From contig JYFJ02003601.1 of NCBI GenBank assembly GCA_000934665.2, positions 1 through 39,684 on the forward strand: a stretch of 39,684 nt of DNA, in the 5' to 3' direction. Position 1 is the stretch's first letter, and the number at the start of each line of letters is the position of its first letter. Source of the DNA: Catajapyx aquilonaris (lineage: Eukaryota). A program made the position numbers and the translations under genes. This document shows, piece after piece, positions 22,274 through 39,684 of the stretch. The notes below the pieces were generated by a model. That model was given only the letters and a program-made list of their open reading frames with translations. It made no database searches and was not told the origin of the DNA.

Positions 22274-23194
22274 TAAATAAGGACCTGTTCGATTTTTAGT
22301 GCCTATTTAAGAGCCCATTTTAACTGTTTCCAGGACCTAAATGCCAACTTATTTGAGGATTTTTTTTAAACCTAGAAATCCGTTCTTTGGTTATAATGAA
22401 AAATCATCATTAATGGGGTACCCCAGATAGGTTTGTTGCCTTTCCAGGGATCTCAATTAACATCCAGTCCTTTAATAAGTGAAGGAACAATCTTACATCA
22501 CACAGAGCCATGTTTTCTGAGCATGCACAGTAGTACGTATGTTAGCAGAGGCATTCGGGGAGATGAGAGGAGCTGGAAGAGGCGGGTGAACATGACGTCA
22601 GACCATTCTTTAGTTTAACGGACTTGCCTGATTTTATGAATTGACTGTGCAGCCGATTGATTCTTATTGTGGTAGGAAATGGCAGAAGAACACCCACCTG
22701 CAAATCCTCTTTCTGACAGGGATGAAACTCAGGTTCACGGTGATCCAAGGAGCAGGATGGTGGGCAAACGTTCAACAATTCTTCATTGTTGAATTAACAA
22801 TTGATAACAATATTAAAAATCTTGATATGATCACAAAACTTCTCTGTTGTCTGAATGGCCTGACTGGTTACTGCCCACATTTATTGTGCAACCGTATGCC
22901 AAATCTGAAATCCCATCCCCAGCTTCAGGGTGCCTGACAACATTAATACGGCAAACCATCAAAGAAAGAAATGTACAGTTTTTTTTATTTAACACTTGCC
23001 CCATGAACGCCTGGGAAATTCTCAACCATACAGCCCGAAAATGGAGTTACCAACAATAACATTCACTCTGATTCTCGAGCTTTGTACAATATTCATGTCA
23101 ATGAATCTGCGTAAAAATTCCTGAAACGTTCGTCAAAAATTGTGCAACAATGCACAGAACTGCTCCAAACGATTCTGATCGATTGATGATCACC

Positions 23195-26100
23195 TCATTT
23201 CTTCTTTCCTTTTTTCCGCTTGTCACCAGGAGCTCCTTTGTTCTTGCTTATGCACCTTAAGCAGTACCAGTCCTCCGTTTCTGCAGGTGGCACTTGGATC
23301 CCAACACACACCCTGAAAACAAATCAACAGATATTGATGTCATTCCAAGACACCTTGAAATGGGCACCTTTTCATGACAAGCTTTCTCTCCCTTCACTGC
23401 TGATTTATCTTTCTTCTCAGAAAAAGAAGTGACTCAACTCAGTATTTCGGTGGCTCAGAATCCCCATACTTCAAGGAATACCAAATGTGACAGCTATACA
23501 ATATACTTGTTTTTTTTGGCTTGCTTCATTCATGAGAAGTACACTTAATGAGATGTTGACTTGGAAAAAAAATCCTCCAACGAATTACCACACAGCATAA
23601 TATATTCCTGAACTCTCTGAATATTGAACGCTTTTCAATAAGAAATATAATACTCACCAATGATACCAGTCATCACAGGAATCACATCCAATCATGGGAC
23701 TGCCATCATCCTGTCTTCCGCACGCAGGGCAGATCCAGATTTTCTCTCCTTCCTTATTGACATAGAATCCAAGTGTTTCCGTCACCAACCCTGGATCTGC
23801 TGCCGGACTGCTGACAGGGCCACTGACTCCAACCACCTTCTTCAGGGCAGGGCTGTCCTTCTTTTTCGGAATAGCAATGGGCGGAACCTTCTTCTTAGGA
23901 ACAGCAATGGGCAAGTTCTGTTGGATTGGGGGTGGAGGCAGCGGGGCCTGGGGGACACCCACAGGCAAAGAAGGTGGGTTGGGCTCCGGGGCAACAGCAG
24001 CCGGTGAAGGCATGGCAACAGGAGGAGGAGGCTGATGATGAGTCTGAATAGTAACAGGAGGTACAGTTGGGGCTAAGGAAGGGCCCGGATAAGGCGGGGG
24101 TGGCTCCTGAGCTGGGCCCGCAGCCATCTTGTGTCCCTTCGGTTTAGGAGGACGAGTGATCAGGGCTGAGAACCTGGCTAGCTCAGGCGACGGGGACCTT
24201 TTATTTGCCCCGGGCCCACTGCTGCTGCTGCTGCCCCCAACCTTTTCTTCCCTCTTCTCTTTCGTGACTGGCTTGATGACGCTGTAAAGGCCTCCCTGTG
24301 AAATTCTGTGCTTATGTAGCCCGTTGTTCCTGAGCTCTGTGGTTGCGGCCAATTTATTGTTTTTCACTCTTTTTTTAAATGTGTGCGAGGCAAGAGAACC
24401 AAACTTCTACAACTTGAAACCACCTCTGGTTTTTCAGTAGTATTATCAATTGGGGTACACTATACTCCCAATTACCCAGGATAATGATTTCAAGGGTGTC
24501 ACCGGATGATCGGGAAATGGTAAACTGTAAGAACGAGCTATTCACAGGTTTTTAAAGTACTACTGTGTACATAGCGTATGCTGCTTTAACTCAGGTTCAA
24601 TAGAAATAATCAAACTTACGACAGATTTTTAGTTTGTCTTCTAGAAAACGCCTGTTGTAATCTTTCATTTGAGAAGCATTTTGACATTTTCAGACCTTTA
24701 GTCTTAATTTTTGGTGATGCACGGATAAGCCGCACCCGGATAATTGGGAGTACAGTGTCATACAGTTCTCTAGCAATGCTTTGTAAGGGTGAGGCAATGA
24801 CTCACGTTGCAGAAGTTTGCACTTGCTTCCTGTCCAAAATTTTCCTATTTCATGCACTTCTACAGGCATGCACGTGCTGCACGATCAGTAGAGAAATAAG
24901 CCATACGTACATCTTCCGAGTCGGGACAGGAGTTGTGTCTGGACTTGATGGGGCAACTGCGGGACCACCGCCACCTCCCAGCTTCACAGTTATCTTCGGG
25001 ACTGTCTCAATCTTCTTCACCTCCAACTCCTTCCCCTCCCCTCCCTCCCTCGCTTTCTTCTCCTTCCGCTTCACCTTCTTCTCAGCACGCAACTTCTCCT
25101 TCAACTTTTTCCGGGCCAACTTGAGACGCTCCTTCTTCTCCTTCTTCTTCCGCAGTTTCTCCTTCTCCTTACGCTCTTTGCGGTGCTCTTTTCCTTTCTG
25201 CAAATATGAATTGAGAATGACTTACAGCACTTCGTTCGTTACTCATGCACAGTTACAGGGCCTTAGGATTCACATTGGGCAGTTCTCTTGGTTACCATGC
25301 TGTCCAAGGCAACTGTCCAAACAGACGTACTCTTGGGCCCTTAAGGTACTAATATTTGAACACATATTCAACGTACATCCTTGATTTTCTTAAGCAGCTT
25401 TTCAGTGCTGCTGGATGGTACTGGAGCAATACTTGGAGGTTCCTTCTGTTCCTTCGGAGGGGGAGCAACGGGAGCTGGCTGTGGTGATGGTACTTGCACA
25501 CGTTGACGAAATGGCTTTTCCTCAGCCTCACTACTTGACGCTGCAACTGCTTCGGTTTTAGGTGGAATAAACACTGGTGGGCGGAATGGAAGCCCAGGTT
25601 TTGACACTGGGAGGAAACCAGGTCTGGGTGCCGCACCAGGCAAGCCAGCTGGAGCACCAGGCATGCCAAGGAAGGGTGGAAACTGTGGTATGAGTGGGTT
25701 CATCCCAGGAATAAGCCCAGGGAAGCGTGGCACGAATGGATACATCCCTGGAGTGAACCCACCGGTAGCAGCAGCAGCTGCAGCGGCTGCCATGGCTGCA
25801 GAGGCAGGATTCATCAAGATTTTGGTACTGGCCGACAAGCGTGGCATTTTTGGAATGACCATCCTCCCCTTGCGCAACTTCTTATCCCTCTTCTCCTTCC
25901 GCCTCAACTTTTCCGCTCTCTTGGCCGCCAGTGCCTCTGGTGTGGCTGGTGGTGGTGGAGATTCATCTCTGTCCAGTTCAGGTTCGGGAGGCAGGATGAA
26001 AGTAGGGACCTTTTTCCTGTCCCCACCTGCTGCTGGCTTTTCTTCCTCCATAACGCGGAGGATGGCTGCATCAATGCAATCATCGATCTTTGCCAACCGC

Positions 26101-27784
26101 GCTTCTCTTTGCCTGCTCTGGGCAGTCTCATCTATCACCAGACCTGGGGTACTCTCACGTGAGCGGACAGGGGTTGGCATCACCTGATCCGGAGGAGGCT
26201 CAGGTGCCGGAAGGGGTGGTGGAGGCGGGGTAGCCTTGTCCTCTTTCACCTTCAGCGCAAGTGAACACATTTTCATAAGGACAATTTTTAATTCACAGTA
26301 ACAGCATTGGATTGACATGATGAGAAAAACAACTCACCTTTGAAATCTTCTTGAAGATGTTAAGCTTCTGTTTGTCCGGTTCACTCGACAGCTTCTCAAC
26401 GCTTGCCGTGTCCTCCCCTCGGGTCTGCTTCTCGCTCGCAATGCTTGGAGCAACAACTGGCGCTGCTGGAAGTGCAACTTTATCAGGTGATTTGGCAAAC
26501 TTGATGCGGTCCAGTCTGGGGTGGTCACCAGTCTGCAGGCGTTTGACCTTCTTGTGGCTCTTGTGTCCCAGCAGCTGCTTGGCTTTGTGCAGCTTGTGCA
26601 GCTTGGCATGCTTGTGTACCCTGAATGGGTCCGAACCTCCCTTGGGAGCAAACGCCTTAAATTTGGCCGCATCCTTCTGCCCACTGGATGAAGAAGATGG
26701 GGCCACCTTGACAGCCCCATTCTCACTTCGTTGCTTCCCATCCTTCCCAATCTTCTTGACACCCTCAAGAATGGTCTTGATGGACAATTTCTTGGTAGGC
26801 TTATCTGAGCGAGAGTCCTGCTGGTTGGAGGGATACGACGTGGAGGAAGATGCATTGGCAGCTGAGGAGGAGGATGACGACGGTTGGGGAGAGTCAGAAC
26901 GGGAATCACGAAAAGAAGGAGCACGAGCCTCTGGAAGTTTTCCTTCGCGAGCAGGGGAAATGAAGCCTGAGGTTGTCATCATCACGCTGCTGATCTCACG
27001 CAAGGGGTGACCCTCCTCTTCTAAGAGAAGCCTGCAACAAGTAAAGGAACGACGTCAATTTGGAAACCCAGAACAGTAGTAAAACTGATAGAATCACAAC
27101 ACATGTGACTCACCTTGCTCGCTTCAGCGATGGATTCTCCGAAGAAAGTGGATCCCCTGGTCGTTTGAATGGCCCTGACTTGGGACTGGCCAGTGGAGAC
27201 GTCTCATTAGCCGACAAAGATGTATCCACAGAGAGCCCAGTTGGCTTGTAGTCCTCTTCTGTACAAAATCAGATTCAGTCACACCAGTCAGAAACACTTG
27301 TGAACATAAAATACATTACCTTCCATTTCCGGCCTCATGGGAGGCAAGTGCTCATGGACATTGACAGGCCTATGGACAACTTCCCTGCTCCCTGGCTTGA
27401 GGAAGTTGAGGTGAGATTCCCTGGGTAGTGGCAGCTGCGGTATACGTTTGGGGAATGGAACCGATTCCACAAAAGCCACGTACTCATCCAGCTCTTCCGT
27501 GTAGGACCCCACCGACTGGAAGCTGAGAGCCAGGTCGTTCACATCCGGCATGGTACGACCAACTGGAAGAGAAGCAGAGTCATTATCGTCCAGCGTAACA
27601 TGTGCGCATCCAACTCACATTGCTCTGCATGTCGGTGTGCCATCCTGGACACCTCCCTCAGGTACCGGTTGCATATGTCAACCAGCAGGTCCAGCGCCGT
27701 TGCATGGATGGAGTTCCACCCGATGGCCTGGCACAGCTGCGCCACTGCAATCCGCAGGGCAGCCAAGTTGAAGCTCACAGGCAT
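23195..27784 (-). CDS. TAF3: TFIID subunit 3 (N-terminal histone fold, C-terminal PHD finger)
   Basis: N-terminus LRIAVAQLCQAIGWNSI..ALDLLVDI..RYL...FGRT.P..ND, VHEHLPP, REISSVMMTTSGFISPAREGKLPE, and PHD IWICPACGRQDDGSPMIGCDSCDDWYHWVCVGI...EDWYCLRC. Exons 27784-27619, 27562-27320, 27258-27114, 27031-26338, 26249-25377, 25197-24911, 24281-23658, 23312-23195. Confidence 0.93.
24458..24757. mobile_element. ~300 bp MITE in a TAF3 intron (Tc1/mariner/pogo-like ends)
   Basis: TA|cactatactcccaattacccagg is inverted against cccggataattgggagtacagtg with 3 mismatches. The right TA flank is degenerate (TC). Confidence 0.6.
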
Positions 27785-28920
27785 CTTGGCTTCTTCGCAC
27801 TGCCGTCTCTGCAAGCAATTACCAGGGTTAGTCGCTTCACCGTGTACTTCACATTGTTCGAATAATTTCAGTCGGACTTGATACCATATATCTCATCTCG
27901 CATCTCATCTCATCTCATGCCTACCATATGTAAATGTAACCTATTCGAGCTTACATTTCCACACCAGGCAGACGTTCCAATCCATATTTCGTCCCGTGCT
28001 GCGATGTAGCCTCCTTCTTCGTGGTGGAGGTGGAGGAGCCCCAGCCTACACCCCACCCATTGATCCGCGTTCCCTCACCCCCTCTGCATTCCCCTTCCCA
28101 TCAACCCACCAACCCCTCCCATTTCCCCCCCCCCCCCTCTTTTTTTTCTATATATATTTTTTGTCGATGCTCAGCACCATTTTGGCGTCCACACGGTTGC
28201 CAAATTCGAAGATTTTCAATAGATCCTTTGTACTCTCACAGCCGCGTAATTATGATCAAAAGTTTATTGCCAAACTTTTGAGATGCGAATTATTTGCTTT
28301 ATTGCGGGGGTGGATGGGGAGGGTGGGAGGGAAGGGGTGAAATGACTAAGCAGCTTAATTCTGCGAATGGAAATTAGCTGCTTGTTCCTGTGGCGATTTT
28401 GGTGGAACGTTTGTGGTGCGGAAGAACCGGAAGAACGATGCTGTCAGGGTGAACCGAACGGGCTGTTTGAAAACCAGGTCGTGCATTGGCACGGAATCAG
28501 TTGGTTAAATTGTAAGGCATTACTGTCGGAATTTAGTAGCTGCTAGTAGCAGCGATAACAGCCAGCCGTTATTTGCCACTAACGTAATAGAGCGGGTATG
28601 GATATTACTGATTGATCGCCATGTTTGGTCATCATGAATAGTGCGACGCCATTGGCTACGTGGAGCCACAGCCAATGGAATTCGCCAGATTGAATATGCC
28701 CCAAGATGGCGTTCCCACTCTCCGAACCCGAACCGCGTGTCCGACATGCGTTCCGATTGGTCCAAGCTGGCCAGCTGTTGTTCCTTTATGAGAGCCTCCC
28801 CTTGTTGTTCGGGCTCAGTGAGTCTCTTGCAGTTGGCAGCAGTGCTTCGAGAGGTGTTTCCCTTTCCACTGTTTCCAGAGAGAGGATCGCGAGCCCCCCA
28901 AAAAAGTAGTAGTTGGGGAG
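27785..28920. promoter_or_regulatory. Probable bidirectional promoter and 5' UTR region of TAF3 and KDM7
   Basis: Divergent start codons ~1.1 kb apart. CpG-rich, with CCAAT/ATTGG boxes near 28651, 28672 and 28756, and YY1-like AGATGGCG (~28705) and AAAATGGCG (~28924). Confidence 0.6.
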
Positions 28921-35908
<6,988 letters not shown>

Positions 35909-37587
35909 ACACCATGCCCCTTTTGAAGTTTCGGAAAGTACATGGTGAACTGGAGGTGGTTTTCTACATGCCCCCATGTGTTCATCATACATAGCCCTCG
36001 TGGATATTTGGAAAAGAAAAGAAAAAAGGTTCTTGCCTTCCCAGTTGCACTGGCACATGATTTGTGTTTTGTTTTGTCAAAGTTTCTACATGTGCAAAAG
36101 TGCATGCACAGCTTCTACAGAAACATCCAGGTAACATTATGTTCACATGCCAAAGGCCATAAGCAATGCAATGGATTCTGAAAGCCTAGCATTTTTTGTA
36201 GGTTTTGTTCTCACAATGTAGATTTTGTGTATAAGTGCTGTGAGTGAAATAGGTGCTGCTGTGCAACGCCATGAAAAATCATGATAATGAGCTTTTTCTT
36301 TTTGTTGTATATACATGTGTGTATTGTACGGTATGAAAGAATGGTTTTTATGAATTTTGGTCATGAAAGGTAATAAATATAGTACAAAGTAACGTAAGGC
36401 TTGTAGCATACTTGGTTAATTCACAAACATGTTCGGCCATATTCTTGGAGACCTGTCCATAGTCGAGTCACTCTCAGCATCCCAAGGGAAAAAGCTGTGA
36501 GTGGGATTTCCATTACACGCAACCAAAATACATCGAAAATTTTATGACAGAACCTAATGAAAGTGTTGTAATTGGCATCCATCCTTTGTATTTGCAGGAT
36601 ACTATTGACAGGTTTCATATTTTATCATTACAGTATTTATTTTGCTTGTGCAACTTTGAACACCAAGAATATATTTAGTGACAGTTTGGTGCACTTGTGC
36701 AAAATTGAAAAATACATTTGTTGATGCATTTGTTTCACCACAAATTGCTATTTGCTAGAAATTAAATGTGATGGGACGTCAACAAGTCCTGTCCATTGTA
36801 AATTATGTTACGCCTTACGGAAATAGAAAAATTATTTTCGGTAACTTGCAGGCTGCTTAAAATTGATAAAGCATTGGCAACTAATAGTCCCATGCTTTTG
36901 CACAGTATTGTTAGTCATCAGGTTATTTTAATGCCAAGTGTTTTTTCTCCTGATTTAGTTGTGCTTGGGAGCTGCTTCCAGGTGACGCATGCAGTGAAAC
37001 TTTGGCTTGATAAGGTAAATGGTAACAGGCTGTGGTACAGTCACTCCGACACACCCCCGGGAAGCAAGCGTCATCCCCATTAACATTATAATATGCATGA
37101 GGGGGGTCTCCCTCCCTACCTCCTAAAATTCATCCATTATTTATTATTCCCGCCAAACTTGGCAACCCTGCCATGTTGGATTATGAATGAACAAACGTGA
37201 CAGGCTTGGTGACAGGGGTGGTTGTCCGCCTCGATATCAAAACTATGGGGAAAAAATATTCCACCTCACTATTGCATTGTAATTAACCCAAACTGCAATT
37301 TTACCATCATCCCTAATGAATAATGGTAACAAAACACAAACAAAACGAGCGCACAGAAAAAAGCGACGCAGTACACGAAATTCGTCTTCGCGCATCTAGA
37401 CATTCGGACGGTCCTAATCCCGAGCGTTGGTGCAATTAAATCAGCTCCCTAATTTACGTCCAATTAGCCGTGTCGTTCGCCTCGTGTCGGCCCGCAGGTT
37501 CCAACTCGGACTTGACTGACGGGCGCGTTCGGAACCCAACCAGCGAAAGAATGGCCAGGCTGTGACGTCACGAACATGGGTTGCTTA

Positions 37588-37742
37588 GTATACGCTTGTT
37601 CATGGTTTGTTCAGCGCGGTTCAACGAAAGAATGCCATGACGTCACTCTAACAATGAACGACTCTAACAATGAACGGTCGTTCACTGTTAGGGACGTCAT
37701 TCGTCGAACAAACTGAACAAAACTGAACGATAATAAAAATAC
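37588..37742. repeat. GAAC/GTTC-rich foldback
   Basis: tgacgtcactctaacaatgaacga is inverted against tcgttcactgttagggacgtca. Tandem actctaacaatgaacg x2, with outer gttca/tgaac repeats. Confidence 0.55.
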
Positions 37743-37772
37743 CCGACCGTGTTGAATTGCGGCGCGGGGGTC

Positions 37773-37937
37773 TAATGTAAAGAAAATGAGAGAACGATCT
37801 GACATCATCATCACAGTTTCCATGTAAATATTCTCACGGGACAATATGCAAGACAATATGAGTAAACAGCGTCAACAAAAAGCAACACTATATAAGAAAC
37901 GATGACGTCAGATTGTTCTCTCGTTTTCCGTACATTA
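37773..37937. mobile_element. MITE (CRE-bearing family), copy B
   Basis: Same TIRs and core (acaatatgagtaaacagYgtcaacaaaaagcaaca) as 29416-29563. TA at both ends. Confidence 0.8.
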
Positions 37938-37942
37938 TATAG

Positions 37943-38368
37943 GCAGCCCATCCTAACTTGCCATTGACGTCAGCGGGAATCTGTCGAATGCACCCCTGGA
38001 ACCTCCTACTTTTCAAGTTTCCGTGGACATGCCCACATGCAACTATGGGAATAAAACAATCGTGTTCTTTTTGTTGACACTGTTTTATTCTTATTGTTTT
38101 CCATGTGCAGGCCACGCTAACTTGCCATTGACGTCATCGTTTCCTTTGACAACTCCTACTCAACATAAATCTGCCGAACACAACGTGGAACCTCCCACTC
38201 TGCTTCCACTGTTCAATAAGATTCTATATGGATATGCTCTCGTGCAACAATGGCGGGAGCGCAGTGTCAACAACTTGAAAAGTGGGAGGTTCCAGGCAGG
38301 TTCCAGGGGGTGAGTTCAGCAGATTCAAGCTAAACGATGACGTCATTGGCAAGTTAGGGTGGGTCAGC
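37943..38368. mobile_element. ~425 bp element with long TIRs, related to the CRE-bearing family
   Basis: gcagcccatcctaacttgccattgacgtca...tggaacctcctacttttcaagtt is inverted against aacttgaaaagtgggaggttcca...tgacgtcattggcaagttagggtgggtcagc. Internal 38065-38105 resembles the reverse-complemented MITE core. Confidence 0.7.
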
Positions 38369-38457
38369 AACCAACACGACCGTATTTATAATTACCGCAC
38401 CATACGTTATTGTGTGACGGTCCGAATGACGTTGCCAGACAGCAATTGTTGTGAGGT

Positions 38458-38607
38458 ACACTGCGGAAAACTAAACGGTGATCTGAAGTCATCAAGGTTT
38501 CCATGGAAATAATACTCGCTCACACTACGACTACAATACGAGTAAACAGCAGCCACAATGTAAGAAACGATGACGTCACATCGTCGTTTGGCTTTCCTCA
38601 CTTTATA
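38458..38607. mobile_element. Diverged MITE (CRE-bearing family), copy C
   Basis: gtcatcaaggtttccatggaaataa...gagtaaacagc...aagaaacgatgacgtca matches copy A. Imperfect TIRs. Confidence 0.65.
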
Positions 38608-38859
38608 GTCGGCCCGGCCCTGCCCCCCCCCCCCCCCNGTCTTTTCCCCCCCCCCCCCCCCCCGATGGTATCTCCACCTTATCGTGGTGGTGGGGTTTGC
38701 GTTTCTCCCGTGACCCCAAGAGCTATGCCGGCGGTAGCTTCGTCTACTGGTAGGGCCGCCCAAGTCGGACAGGTCTTTATTGGGATAGGAGACAGACTAA
38801 GAGAGATGCCAGTCTTTCCTCTCTTCTTTTTCCTCTTGGTTTCTCTCTCCATCTGTCCC

Positions 38860-39400
38860 ACCCACGGTCTTAGAAGGAGAGGTCGGGAAACTCGCCGCCA
38901 TTTTGCGTTCCGTTACTCATTCCCGCCGTGGCGCTGACTGGAGGTGGCCATGATGTGACCTGGATCGTGAACATCTCCATATTGCGGCCATCTTGGTATA
39001 CGCTATCGGTAGCTAAGACCGTGATCGGTAGTAATCGGGAGGGGGGTCGCTGATAAACCTAGTAATCGGGAGGAGGGTCGCTATCGTCGCTATAGTTGTT
39101 ATGGCGAATGAACGACACGCACAGCGAGATTCCATTGTTTTACTAGCGCCGCTGCGGGAAGGAATAACGGATCGGCCTTTTCTATTGCGCTGGGATAGAA
39201 GTGTCCATGGGCTGGTCCCACCTTTGCGTCTTCTAGCTTAAGGGCGCACGGTCACGACGATTTTTCCCACTCGCGGAGGCCAAGTTGGGCCGAGGGACGG
39301 GTGCAGCGTTGTGTTCGCACCGCCGGTGTGGCCGTCTTGCTGGAGGTGCGGACCTGAAATTGTCACAGCATGGCGAGGAAGAGCCAATTGAGCCTCCGGA
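38860..39400. promoter_or_regulatory. CpG-rich promoter-like region of a gene not resolved in this window
   Basis: High CpG content, YY1-like CGCCATTTT (~38896) and GGCCATCTT (~38986), and a direct repeat gtaatcgggaggRgggtcgct x2 (~39030 and ~39062). Confidence 0.35.
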
Positions 39401-39684
39401 CCAAGGCTCGATCAATTCGGATAATAATTGCGCGATCTAGAAGGGGAAGAGTTTTTAAAAAACGGGTCACGGCATCTAGGCCCAGGATGCGAATTTGGGA
39501 AGAATCTCGACGTCTCACGATGGCCTTAGCCCTCCTCTTGCTACTCCTCCAAGGCGCGATTTTTTGGGCCTGTGGTTTTTGCGCAAGTAGAAAAATCCAG
39601 TCACCCCCGCAACAAGTAAAATCGAGTAAAATAGCCGGGAGAACTCGCTGATGAAGAGCGGTTGGTAGTGCACCCGAGCCCCCC

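Noticed and set aside
24755..27010. Long antisense ORFs over TAF3 (and 34973-35618 over KDM7)
   Set aside because: Shadow frames of GC-rich, low-complexity coding exons.
37560..38610. CRISPR-like or tandem array
   Set aside because: The repeats are inverted, irregularly spaced MITE arms in eukaryotic DNA, with no repeat-spacer periodicity and no cas genes.

Overview
Eukaryotic, arthropod-like genomic DNA with many ~50-70 bp GT-AG introns. Five intact protein-coding genes can be spliced by hand. Two are tandem minus-strand aldehyde oxidase-type molybdo-flavoenzymes (2350-12379 and 13137-18439, same exon structure). The others are MED18 (+), TAF3 (-) and a PHD-JmjC demethylase of the KDM7/PHF8 family (+), which sits head-to-head with TAF3. 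Non-coding space is packed with mobile DNA: a decayed Helitron PIF1 helicase with its 3' end, a related non-autonomous Helitron in an AOX intron that itself holds a tRNA-derived SINE with a truncated head, long foldback elements, hAT and Tc1/mariner-type MITEs, and a MITE family carrying TGACGTCA (CRE) palindromes. I see no convincing wholly new biological system. The best leads are the hidden first AOX exons (48 bp versus 3.5 kb intron 1), the SINE-in-Helitron-in-intron nest, the CRE-loaded MITE cluster next to a promoter-like region, the bulged hairpin between convergent MED18 and TAF3, and the TAF3/KDM7 bidirectional pair. All calls are by eye; no database searches were run.
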